In this document: positions 11,404-22,162 of the stretch, in pieces
How positions within the stretch are numbered: position 1 is the stretch's first letter
Layout of the letters: each line of letters starts with the position of its first letter
Assembly: GCA_020184695.1 (NCBI GenBank)
Contig: JAANOX010000068.1
Location: forward strand, 172,027-236,026
DNA from: Histomonas meleagridis 2922-C6/04-290x
Lineage: Eukaryota; Protista; Parabasalia
Reading direction: 5' to 3'
Length of the DNA stretch: 64,000 nucleotides
Program-made: the position numbers and the translations under genes
The notes under the pieces: model-generated
Database searches by the model: none
The model's input: only the letters and a program-made list of their open reading frames with translations
Told to the model about the DNA's origin: nothing

Positions 11404-14400
11404 TTAATGGAATAAGTTATACTTTTTACTTTTGAAAGTAATTTTCAATTCATTTTTGGACATATTTATGTTTACGATATTTCCGATTAATTCTTTTTCC
11501 AAAATTTTTGATACCTTTAAATCCATTATATAAATGTTTGTACATGTTATACAAAGGAAATTACTTTTGTTTTTGATCATTACTTTAATTTGATTTATTA
11601 CACTTGTTGAAATTAATTTTTGTGCATTCGCAACATTATCATTATAAACGTTAATTCTATTTTCTAAATATGCTCTCATTGGTCGTGATTGTTTTATATT
11701 TTCCATTGATTGTAATTTCTTCATTTTATCAATCGAAAGTTCAGTTATAACACCTGCCAAACCTACTCCATAACTATAGCATGGAATTTCTTTAATTTTA
11801 ATTCCAATGTTTTTATTATTGTTTTGAATACCCTTTATAATTGATGTAATATTTAAATTATTTTCATTAATTTGTTCAATAATTTGATTCATAATTTCAT
11901 TAGAAAAATATTTGTGCGTCACTTTTCTGTTATCGTACTCATCGTTAACCGTCCGGCTAAATATAAATATTTCACTTGTTAATTCACTTTTAAGTGATGA
12001 AATGTTTAATTGTTTCGCAATTATTGAAGTAACTTTAAACGCATTTAATATAGCACCACTCGCTCCAAGCATTTGTATTATTTTATTTAACATTTCTCGT
12101 TTATAATCATCTGCGAATTTATTAATTAATGATTCAATTTGATCAACTAAGTTCGAAACAAAAATTCCTGGAATTATAATTTCTTTGGAATTTATTGGTA
12201 TCAAGTTAATGTATTTATAAAAACTTGGTGTCTTACCATAAAAAGAAGGTCTTTTACTTGATCCTTCGAAAGAAACGACAAGGAAAATTGGACTTATTTC
12301 GAGCCAATTTATATTAATTAAAGAAATTGATTTTGTTTTTATAGTTTTTGCAGGTTGAATTGTTTTCTTTTTATTAATTTTCTTGAATAAACTTATGATA
12401 TATATTAAGTCAGTAATGAAACCTGAATTAATATTTATGTCGATTCTTTGTAATTTTAATGATATGAATTTAAATGATGATAAAAATGGTACATCATTTG
12501 GACATATGCATTGTAATGATACAAATGGTTCATTATTATCATTTCTTCCATATAAAATTGTGGAATTATTTTTCGTTGTTGGTAATTGATCATCGATTTG
12601 TATGTTCTTTAATGCAAATTTTACAGATGTATCATTTTCACTTTGTAGAATCGATGTCGTAATTTCATTTAATGTTAATAAAAGAAATTCTTTCATTTGT
12701 TGATCGATAATCGAAATGAAAATTTTATTAATTTGGATATCAAATGAAAATTTCGGAGTTGTTAATTGTATATTTTCATTTGTGTTATCATTATATGTAA
12801 TAATTACCATTCGAGTGCCAATTGCATTTGGTTTAATTTGAATGTAAATTGGTTTTCCTTTATATTCTTTGTCCATTTTAATAAGTTGTGTATCTTCGAT
12901 TAATGATATGTTATAATTACAATTATCAAATAAGATTTGCATTGATGGATAAGCAAATGGTTCATCAAACGCAAAAATCGAAGTGGAATTTGGTAATACT
13001 TCAAATGGTTTGAAACAAATAAATTGAAATGCAAATATTAATGTATCCAATTCATTGACAATTGTTATTGGAGTAGGGAATTGTATTGGATTAAACTTAA
13101 TGATATAACCCGTTTCTGATTTAGTTACATCAAGTTCCATAAAAATACTTTTCTTTGTGTTTTGAACTCTGAAAACGGTTTTTCTGGGTTCAAATATTGA
13201 AATTACAGGGTAGGTCAAAAAACCGTCGACTTTTATATAGTAATAACCGTTTTTGGGAACAGTTGTTATTAAAAACTCTGAATTTGGATTGCATACGATT
13301 GAATTGCCGATGGTTTTTCCTTTGAATTTGTCATTTGCCACATCATTCATAACTTTATTCGGATCAAAATTCGGTAATTCATCAGTTGGTAAAAGAGAAA
13401 ATTGAACGTCTAAGTTATTAATAATTTTAATTGATGAAAAGAAAGTTAAAATTACTGTTTCATAATTGTGACTTAAATTATAAGTTATTGGTACAAATAA
13501 CTTTTTGTTGTTACAAGAAGGTAATAATAAAGTCGAATAACCAGAATGACTACAATCAATAATTTCATTTGATTCATTTGATATACTCATTGCTTTAATT
13601 TTAATTTTTAATGATTTGTTTTCTTCATTTAGAAATATTGATTCAGGGCAATAATTATTATTTGCTGAATTTGGTTGAATTAATATTTCATTATTAATGT
13701 ACAAAAGTAAATTCGATTCATTATATATAATACATGGTGTATATATTATTATTGACATTTCTTCTTCATTTCTTTCGATGAAGTAAAGAATTGTTTCGAA
13801 TTTATTTGTCTTTGAATTAAATATTTCAAAGCTTTCAAACGTTTCACTCGAAAAATCGATTTTAACATTTGTCCAATTCTTTCCATCATTTGATATCTTT
13901 AATTTCATTATGTCTTTAGTTATAACATCTTCATAAAATATATCATTTTTACCATACGATTTTATCGTAATCGGAATATCATTATCAGTTTTACGGATAT
14001 AAATATGATAAGGTAAATGGTTCTTAATATTCCATTGTGATTTTATAGAAAATACTTTAATTCCTGATGATGTATCAATATAAGAAGTTTTGATACAATT
14101 AAATACAGTTTCCGATGTAATAACTTGAAATATTTCAGATTTATCATTTAAACAAGAAATCCCAAATAAATTATATTTCTTAGATAATGTATATATACTT
14201 GGAATGATTGTATAATAATTAGTTTTATTAGGTGATGATATAAATAATGGAAATCGTTTCTTGGGATTTAAAAAACCTAATTTTTTAAGTGCTTTAGTTT
14301 GTTCATCTTTAATATATAGATCAAATGGAATTGAAATTTTATTTTCGATTTGTATTGGACTTTGAAGTTTTATTAATGTCGAACCTTTATAAGGAATTTT

Positions 14401-17400
14401 TATTACACAAATTGTTATATTATTTGAAGTTATATAAGTTGGATAAGAAATTATATCAAACGAAAATTTAAATTGTATATTTTTATATTTAAATTCAATA
14501 AGATTTGAATCGTTTTTAGTTATTGGAAGTATTTCTTGTGGTAATAATTTGAGATCAACTCCTTGTTCTTTAATGAGTATAAATGTATCAAGTTCATTTG
14601 TTATTGATAATGACGAATGTTCTAAATATTTAGAAGTAAACATTCGTTGTGAATTATTTATTTGTGATTTTAATAATTTTATAATTTTTTGTAATCTTAA
14701 AACAGTAAAAATTGGCAAATTAATATTAAAGTTATCTAAAATTTTCAATTGCATTTGTATAATGTCATTTATTAAGACGAATATAAATGATAAATGAAAT
14801 GGTTCAATGATATAATCAAAAGAACCTGTAACATTATTAAAGAATTCTAAATAAGGAGAAAAGTTAATAATATATGCTGTCGATGTTGAATTCTTTGCAA
14901 TATTTGTATTAATTTCTGGAATAGTAAATTGAAGTATTGGTATAATCGACGATTTTAATGATCGATTATCTTCACATAAAATAATTTGAATCGGGTCGAA
15001 TGACGTTATGTTAATTGCTTTTATTTGTATCATTTGTTTTTCTGTAGTTTTTTCATATGAAAATGTTTTCAATTCAATTGTTTCCTTTATTGAATCAAAG
15101 ATTTGTTTAAATAATAAAATATCAAAAACAGAAATTTGGATACTTAAGTTATCTATATTTGTATCAATTGAAATTCCTTTTTCATTTTTAGTGAAATTAA
15201 TTTTAAACCCAAAGTTTGATATTATTGGTGAATAATTTTGATTTATCATTGGATTAGTTACTAAAACAGAAAAGTTTCCAGATATTATTGTTAATTTTTT
15301 AGCTGACATTTCTAAAAGTAAACTAAAAGTTATATTTAAATTCATATTCTCTTTTGGATTTAATGAAGAAGGTATAATAATATTAATCACTGGGATATTC
15401 GATATAATTTTAATTGGTAAACTTCGAAATGATTCTAATGAATATTTTGATTTTGGTTGATTTTCATTTACTAAAGTTTTAGTGTTTGTTGTAGTTAATT
15501 CTAATAAAGGTGATGACATTATAAATGTAATAATTGATGTAATAAATTGATAATCAAAATAAATTTGGAACTTTGATAGTGTAAAATATAATTGTTTCTC
15601 TTTATATTGCATATTAATTAAAGAATCTTCAGTTAGTGTTTGAATTATTGGAATAGATTTACCATCTTTAGATAAAACATTAACTTTAGATACAATTAAA
15701 TTTATTATTTCATTTGAATAATTTAAGTCAATTCTTGTTAATAAAAATGATAAAATTGGATCATTAGCCATTAACATTAAAATTTGTAAGTCATCTAATT
15801 GTATTTCAAACTTAAATGGAATTTTCGGTAATTTAAAATCATTACTATTGTTAAACTTTGGTAATTTATCAATATCAAATAATAAACAATTAATTATAGT
15901 TGATGCAAATAAATGTGAATACATAATTTGTATCTTTTTTATATTAAAAATCATATTAATATCTTCAATTTTAATTTTGTCTTCTTCATTTTCTATTTCA
16001 TCAAATGGTAATGAAAGTATATAATCATAATTTACTAAATTTTTCTCATTTTCTTTTAAGAATGAACATAAATTAATTCCTGAAATTTCTATAACTGGTT
16101 GACTTTTCTGATAAATCATTGAAACTATAATACTTCCAATGTTTAATGCTAATAATTTATAATTCATATTAAATGCAATTTTAGTTGTAGGAATATTAAC
16201 TTCTAAATATGTTTTAGTATTGTTTACTTGTGGAAGTATATTTAATTGTATTCCTTCCAATATAAAATCGACATTTAACATTGGTATATTTAATGGTTCT
16301 TTCTTTGTATTATTATTATTATTTTGTTGATTGAAAAATTCATTTGGTATTAAACTTTTGAGATATTCAACAATTGTAAATATATATGAAAGTGATATAT
16401 TACTTATAATTTTTGGTATTCGTGTAAATAAATTATTATTTTGGATCTTGAATTGTAATTGTTTAAACTCAAGAACTTTTTGCTCAATAAAATCTGTTTC
16501 AATATTAATTCCATTTGTATTAAAATCAACTTCAATTTCATCAGATTTACTCAATGTTAATGAAGTTTCATCTATAAATAAATTAATTAAATTATTAAGT
16601 TCTTTCATTATTGTAATATTTATTGGTTTTAATTCTAAATTAGCTTTTAATGAATTATTATTATTATTTTTAACATTTTGATTTGTATTTATATTTAATG
16701 GGAATTTAAATTGTAATATCCATGAAATTAACTTTTCTTTGATATTTATATTACATTCGGGAATTTTCATTAATATTTCTTGGCCATTATTATCGGAACC
16801 AATTTCAACATAAATTTTATCATTAATATCAATGAAATTATTTTCATCATAATAAATTCCTTTAATTCCATTAATATTAACAGAAAAAACAATGATTGAT
16901 CCAAACAAAAATATTCCTAATGAAATATTATGTAAAGAAATAGTTGAAATTATATTTTTATCATTATCTAATAACGAAACTTTTACACTTTTAATATTAG
17001 CTCCAACTTGAATTCTATTAGGAATTGATATTAACTCACGAAGCTTTGATATAAATTGAATGATATCTGGTACATAAACAAGAATTGGATTAATATCTTC
17101 TGGAATGATTGCAAGTTCAATATCAATTGGAACATTTAATGGATTTGGAATATCAAGTGGAATACTTAAGTTAAATGGTTTTAATATATAATTGTTTTCA
17201 TGATAAATTGAAACATTTTTAATTTCAATGTTTGATGAATTCTCATTAATTTCGATGGAATTTATACCAACATTTAAAAGTTCTTTTGTATCTTTCATTT
17301 CAAACATTACATTTTTAACATTAACAATAATATTTTGCTTTATAATTTCATTCTTATTTATGATTTCATTTTGTTGATTTGTAACTTTATTTTGTTGTTT

Positions 17401-19563
17401 CTTAAATTTTGAAATTACTTTTAATAATGAATCAATATAATTTAATATCCAATTATATGAATCAAATAACAAATAACCATGTGGATTATCAACATTAATT
17501 TGAATTGTTTGGATATTATTTCCTTTTATAAACTTAAATTTAATCTTTTTTTGGATTTCGAATAATAATTTTTTCATATGATCAATTTGTATTGAGTCAA
17601 TTTTAAAATTCAAATTTAAATTTTCTTTTTCATATGTTATTTTTGGATTTATTTTATTTATTGATAATTCCATTTGTTTATCAGATTTTCCGTCATTTAA
17701 AATAACATTCATATTTGGAATTGAAGCATTTAATTCTAATTTATTATCACCAAATATAAATATATGTTTTGTAGAACTTTTTTGTTGAAACACTGCTAAA
17801 TTTGTAATACTTTGAATAGCTTTTAACAAAGATAAAATATTTGTTTGTACCAAATTTAATGAAAATCCATCAACTGAAAAATTAACAAATAAATCAGTTG
17901 AAATATTTTGATTAGATATATTTAATAATATATTAGTATGTATGTTATTACTTTTGAACAATTCAATTTTATTAGCAAGTAAAAACTTTAATGAAAATAT
18001 TAAAATAAAATTAATTGGTTCTATTGTTTTATCAGTATTTTGTATTTCATTTGTTGTTAATACAAAATTATCAAGTTGAAATTCAATCGATTCATTCGAA
18101 TATGGGATTTCTATTTCAAATGATGGAATACTTAATTTAATTAAACAATTTTTTAATATTTTCAATAACTGAATTTTTTTACCAAACTCAAAAATAGCAA
18201 CTTTTTCTTGTTTCATAAATAAAAACGCCGAAAAAAAGTCGATTGTGTTATATATAGTATTAATATCAATAATGAATTTAATTGGTGAAACATCCAAAGT
18301 AATTTTTGTTACACTGTTTTCTGCTGAAGGTATAACACAATTACCTATTAAGAAATTCGAATTTTCTAACATTTTGACATGATTTATCATTCCTTTATCA
18401 TTTGGTGATTCAAGTAAAAGTTCATTTATCGTAAGATCTATTGATGTTTCTTTTGATTGACCTTTTAATGTTGAAATAAATTCTCGCATTTCAATTCTAA
18501 TAATTGGATTATTATTATCATCTTTCATTTCAGCTAGAATATCTTCAATATGTATTTTTAGTTTTAATTGCTTTATTGAAAAAATAAATTCCTTTGCACG
18601 ATTAACATTGTCAAGACATTTCCTTGCAAGCTTATCTAAGAATACTGTTGTAGTTTCTTCAATTTCAGTATTTTTACTATAATTATTCTTATTTTCTTTT
18701 GCATTTATTTTGGCATAATTCTTGATTTCTTGCATTAACGTTGCAATCTTAGCTAAGTAGCAACATTGAGTATAATCAAGACTTAGAAATATGATGGGAA
18801 GGAAAACGTTTAGCTCATTTATAAATTCGATGTCGACATCTTGATGCGAATGAAAAAGTGTTAAACTTAATGTAATTGGCTTAATAAGAAATTGGTGTTG
18901 ACTAGTGATTTGATCTTCCATTACTTTTTCAAAGTTATTGGTAGGAATTTGTTTGGATGGCGTGTCAAAATAGATTGCAAGCCCTTCAATTGAAATTTCT
19001 TTCCGAACATAATTATTGTGTATCACTCCATTAACAATATTACCTTCGTCATCAATCGTTCTTAAATTGATTGTATTGATGATGAAACCAAATGCAACAA
19101 TAGAATTATCAATTTTAAATTCTATCCTAACGTGAATGTTTTCAACTTGAACTTGTATGCCATCAATCATATTTTCAAAAAGTTTTTGAAATAAAGATTT
19201 TAATTTACTTGGAGATGCATTTTTTTTCTTGGCACTTAAAGCTTTGATCTCTGCTTGCAGGTCTCGTTTTCCGGCGATTTCTTTATTAAATTGAAGGTTG
19301 ATAAAGACATTTTTAATTAAAGCTTTTGTTGGATTATTGGCGAGAGACTTTGAGTTCCATGGTAAATAAAGATCAATATCTCCAATTGTTCCATTAAGGA
19401 CAGTGAGTGGAATGAGCTGTGAAGTGAATGCTGTTGATAATAATTTGATATTTTTTAGTTCTATATGAAATATTCCATTTATGCTTTTCTCTTTAATTTG
19501 GTTTTTTGGGATTTCTATATATTTGCTGGTGAATAAATTGATGATTTTTGTGATTAAGCCCAT
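11404..19563 (-). CDS. VPS13: VPS13-family bridge-like lipid transfer protein
   Basis: 2719 aa. Chorein-N start (..LTVLNGTIGDIDLYLPW..), long beta-rich middle, VAB-type segments (IKLQSPIQIENK; FPTPITIVNEL) and a C-terminal LKLQRIDINI region. Confidence 0.88.
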   Translation of the reverse strand: MGLITKIINLFTSKYIEIPKNQIKEKSINGIFHIELKNIKLLSTAFTSQLIPLTVLNGTIGDIDLYLPWNSKSLANNPTKALIKNVFINLQFNKEIAGKRDLQAEIKALSAKKKNASPSKLKSLFQKLFENMIDGIQVQVENIHVRIEFKIDNSIVAFGFIINTINLRTIDDEGNIVNGVIHNNYVRKEISIEGLAIYFDTPSKQIPTNNFEKVMEDQITSQHQFLIKPITLSLTLFHSHQDVDIEFINELNVFLPIIFLSLDYTQCCYLAKIATLMQEIKNYAKINAKENKNNYSKNTEIEETTTVFLDKLARKCLDNVNRAKEFIFSIKQLKLKIHIEDILAEMKDDNNNPIIRIEMREFISTLKGQSKETSIDLTINELLLESPNDKGMINHVKMLENSNFLIGNCVIPSAENSVTKITLDVSPIKFIIDINTIYNTIDFFSAFLFMKQEKVAIFEFGKKIQLLKILKNCLIKLSIPSFEIEIPYSNESIEFQLDNFVLTTNEIQNTDKTIEPINFILIFSLKFLLANKIELFKSNNIHTNILLNISNQNISTDLFVNFSVDGFSLNLVQTNILSLLKAIQSITNLAVFQQKSSTKHIFIFGDNKLELNASIPNMNVILNDGKSDKQMELSINKINPKITYEKENLNLNFKIDSIQIDHMKKLLFEIQKKIKFKFIKGNNIQTIQINVDNPHGYLLFDSYNWILNYIDSLLKVISKFKKQQNKVTNQQNEIINKNEIIKQNIIVNVKNVMFEMKDTKELLNVGINSIEINENSSNIEIKNVSIYHENNYILKPFNLSIPLDIPNPLNVPIDIELAIIPEDINPILVYVPDIIQFISKLRELISIPNRIQVGANIKSVKVSLLDNDKNIISTISLHNISLGIFLFGSIIVFSVNINGIKGIYYDENNFIDINDKIYVEIGSDNNGQEILMKIPECNINIKEKLISWILQFKFPLNINTNQNVKNNNNNSLKANLELKPINITIMKELNNLINLFIDETSLTLSKSDEIEVDFNTNGINIETDFIEQKVLEFKQLQFKIQNNNLFTRIPKIISNISLSYIFTIVEYLKSLIPNEFFNQQNNNNNTKKEPLNIPMLNVDFILEGIQLNILPQVNNTKTYLEVNIPTTKIAFNMNYKLLALNIGSIIVSMIYQKSQPVIEISGINLCSFLKENEKNLVNYDYILSLPFDEIENEEDKIKIEDINMIFNIKKIQIMYSHLFASTIINCLLFDIDKLPKFNNSNDFKLPKIPFKFEIQLDDLQILMLMANDPILSFLLTRIDLNYSNEIINLIVSKVNVLSKDGKSIPIIQTLTEDSLINMQYKEKQLYFTLSKFQIYFDYQFITSIITFIMSSPLLELTTTNTKTLVNENQPKSKYSLESFRSLPIKIISNIPVINIIIPSSLNPKENMNLNITFSLLLEMSAKKLTIISGNFSVLVTNPMINQNYSPIISNFGFKINFTKNEKGISIDTNIDNLSIQISVFDILLFKQIFDSIKETIELKTFSYEKTTEKQMIQIKAINITSFDPIQIILCEDNRSLKSSIIPILQFTIPEINTNIAKNSTSTAYIINFSPYLEFFNNVTGSFDYIIEPFHLSFIFVLINDIIQMQLKILDNFNINLPIFTVLRLQKIIKLLKSQINNSQRMFTSKYLEHSSLSITNELDTFILIKEQGVDLKLLPQEILPITKNDSNLIEFKYKNIQFKFSFDIISYPTYITSNNITICVIKIPYKGSTLIKLQSPIQIENKISIPFDLYIKDEQTKALKKLGFLNPKKRFPLFISSPNKTNYYTIIPSIYTLSKKYNLFGISCLNDKSEIFQVITSETVFNCIKTSYIDTSSGIKVFSIKSQWNIKNHLPYHIYIRKTDNDIPITIKSYGKNDIFYEDVITKDIMKLKISNDGKNWTNVKIDFSSETFESFEIFNSKTNKFETILYFIERNEEEMSIIIYTPCIIYNESNLLLYINNEILIQPNSANNNYCPESIFLNEENKSLKIKIKAMSISNESNEIIDCSHSGYSTLLLPSCNNKKLFVPITYNLSHNYETVILTFFSSIKIINNLDVQFSLLPTDELPNFDPNKVMNDVANDKFKGKTIGNSIVCNPNSEFLITTVPKNGYYYIKVDGFLTYPVISIFEPRKTVFRVQNTKKSIFMELDVTKSETGYIIKFNPIQFPTPITIVNELDTLIFAFQFICFKPFEVLPNSTSIFAFDEPFAYPSMQILFDNCNYNISLIEDTQLIKMDKEYKGKPIYIQIKPNAIGTRMVIITYNDNTNENIQLTTPKFSFDIQINKIFISIIDQQMKEFLLLTLNEITTSILQSENDTSVKFALKNIQIDDQLPTTKNNSTILYGRNDNNEPFVSLQCICPNDVPFLSSFKFISLKLQRIDININSGFITDLIYIISLFKKINKKKTIQPAKTIKTKSISLININWLEISPIFLVVSFEGSSKRPSFYGKTPSFYKYINLIPINSKEIIIPGIFVSNLVDQIESLINKFADDYKREMLNKIIQMLGASGAILNAFKVTSIIAKQLNISSLKSELTSEIFIFSRTVNDEYDNRKVTHKYFSNEIMNQIIEQINENNLNITSIIKGIQNNNKNIGIKIKEIPCYSYGVGLAGVITELSIDKMKKLQSMENIKQSRPMRAYLENRINVYNDNVANAQKLISTSVINQIKVMIKNKSNFLCITCTNIYIMDLKVSKILEKELIGNIVNINMSKNELKITFKSKKYNLFH

Positions 19564-19817
19564 TGCAAATTTTTTTTGATGGCAAAAATTGGAATTGAAT
19601 GCAATTCAATTCATAATTTCTGAAGTTTATACCTCCAGAAAAAAGTTATCCGCGAACGCGCACTTTTCTTATTTCTGGATTGGAAACAACATTTAAATAA
19701 TCAATAAGCTTTTGCTATTTTCACTGAGTCTGTTTATTGATCTCAAGCCAGGATTGTTTTTTTCGATTAAATTATGCACTTCTGTCATGTTCTTCATTGA
19801 AAAAAACAAAATTGTGT

Positions 19818-20269
19818 CACAATTCCGAGTTCAGTCAAATCGATTGGGAATTATGCCTTTTACGTTTGTGATGAATTAGAGGAATCACCATTAAAGAAGG
19901 TTCGGAAATAGTTGGCAAATGTGCATTGCAGAATTCTGTAGTTCATTGAATAACATGACAATTCCGAGCTCAGTCAAAGAAATGTGGTATGCTATATTTA
20001 CTTGTTGTGATGAATTAGAGACAGTCATTTTTAAAGAAGGCGTGAATAATGCTGGGAGTCATTCATTTAAATCATGTCCTTCATTGAAAAGCATCACAAT
20101 TCCCGGCACAGTCACAGAAATTTGTGCCTTTGCATTTGAACCATTGAAAAAGATCGGAATTCCGAATGCCGTGTTTTTGATTACGTCATTGATTGCTGGA
20201 ATAATTATTCTTACAAGAAGAAAAAATCAAAACAACAATTTGCTTTGCATGTGCTTGATGGAAGATTAA
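19818..20269 (+). pseudogene. BspA-like (TpLRR) surface protein relic, 5-prime truncated and frameshifted
   Basis: TIPSSVKSIGNYAF, TIPSSVKEMWYAIF and SCPSLKSITIPGTVTEI repeats split over frames, then a TM-like segment and RRKN. Confidence 0.75.
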
Positions 20270-20343
20270 CTACAAATTAAAGTTGTGCAGCTTGCGATAT
20301 AGGGGACAAGCAAAGATTGACCTATCGAATTTCATTATATAAA

Positions 20344-21987
20344 ATAGAAATAGTTAAATTACTTCTTAAACAAGAAGGAATTGATATTAATGCTAAAAAT
20401 ATTTATTTGTTTTATTTGATATTTATTTTAATAATTTGCTATTTCAAAATAGTATTTGAAAATTATTTAAATTATTTAGTACAGCACTTATGAAAGCATC
20501 TTGGAATGGTTATACAGAAATAGTTAAATTACTTCTTGAACAAGAAGGAATTGATATTAATGCTAAAAATATTTATTTGTTTTATTTAATATTTATTTTA
20601 ATAATTTGAAAATTCAAAATAATATTTGGAAATTATTTAAATTATTTTATACAGCACTTATTTTGGCATCTAAAAATGGTTATCTAGAAATCGTTAAATT
20701 ACTTCTTGAAAGTGAAGGAATTGATATTAATATCGAAGGTAATATTTATTTTAATAATTTTATATTTCAAAATAATATTTGGGAATTATTTGAATTTTTT
20801 AAAACAGCACTTATTTTTGCATCTCAAAATGGTCATCTAGAAATAGTTCAATTACATCTTCAACAAAAAGAAATTGATATTAATATTGAAGATGAAATTC
20901 ATTTTTTATTATTTTATATTACAAAATAATATTTGGAAATTATTTAAATTATATGAAACAGCACTTATGGTTGCATCTGCAAACTGTCATACAGAAATAG
21001 TTAAATTACTTCTTAAACAAGAAGGAATTGATATTAATAATAAATATATTCATATATTTAATTTTATATTTGTTTTACTAATTTTGGACTATTTCAAAAT
21101 AATATTTGGAAATTATTTCAATTATTTCAAACAGCACTTATATGGGCATCTCAAAATGGTCATATAGAAATAGTTAAATTACTTCTTGAACGTGAAGAAA
21201 TTGATATTAATACTAAAGATATTTATTTGTTTTATTTATTATTTGGGTTTCAAAATAATATTCGGAAATTATTTAAATTATATAAAACAGCACTTATATG
21301 GGCATCTCAAAATGGTCATATAGAAATAGTTAAATTACTTCTTGAACAAGAAAAAATTGATTTTAATGCTGAAGATATTTATTTGTTATATTTAATATTT
21401 ATTTTAATAATTTGATATTTCGAAATAATATTTGGAAATTATTTCAATTATTTCAAACAGCACTTATGTGGGCATCTAAAAAAGGACATACAGAAATCGT
21501 TAAATTACTTCTTAAACAAGAAGGAATAGATAGCAAATGCTAAAAATGTGTATTTGTTTTATATAGAACCTATTTTAATATTTTAAAGTTTTAAAATAAT
21601 ATTTGGAATTTTTTTAAATTATTTTATACAGCACTTATTAAAGCATCTAAAAAAGGACATACAGAAATCGTTAAATTACTTCTTAAACAAGAAGGAATTG
21701 ATATTAATGCTGAAGATATTTATTTGTTATAATTAATATTTATTTTAATAATTTGATATTTCGAAATAATATTTGGAAATTATTTCAATTATTTCAAACA
21801 GCACTTATGTGGGAATCTAAAAAAGGACATACAGAAATCGTTAAATTACTTCTTAAACAAGAAGGAATAGATAGCAAATGCTAAAAATGTGTATTTGTTT
21901 TATATAGAACCTATTTTAATATTTTAAAGTTTTAAAATAATATTTGGAATTTTTTTAAATTATATTAAACAGCACTTATTTGGGCAA
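20344..21987 (+). repeat. Tandem array of 11 ankyrin cassettes (90-nt coding unit plus a 63-83-nt spacer; modal period 170 nt)
   Basis: Units start (ACAGCACTT, TAL) at 20481, 20651, 20804, 20958, 21131, 21287, 21457, 21628, 21798 and 21969, plus a 5-prime partial unit. Each reads TALxxASxxGHxEIVKLLLxQEGIDINAK[D/N]. Spacers are 80, 80, 63, 64, 83, 66, 80, 80, 80 and 80 nt. Confidence 0.92.
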
Positions 21988-22162
21988 AACACTATTTTAC
22001 CATTTTCTTTTTGTTTTATGGATAGAAATAAAATTTTATATATAAACAAGTTTCCCTGAGGTTTCTCGATTTGAATAAAACATTAAAAAAAAATTTCCAG
22101 ATTTTATATTATTTTTCAATCGTAAAAGATGGAGTAATCAGAAAAATCATCAATTAATCTTC

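Noticed and set aside
11912-16681. Several short plus-strand ORFs
   Set aside because: Antisense shadows within VPS13; no motifs.
20409-20484. Canonical GT-AG intron in the ankyrin spacers (GT at spacer positions 9-10 to ACAG)
   Set aside because: Removal leaves the next repeat out of frame and deletes the conserved Thr codon. There is no ACTAAC branch site, and the 8.6-kb copies have no AG at the junction.
20344-21987. CRISPR-like array (repeat-spacer periodicity)
   Set aside because: Both parts are homologous between units, the 90-nt part encodes ankyrin, the lengths are far too long, there are no cas genes, and the context is eukaryotic.
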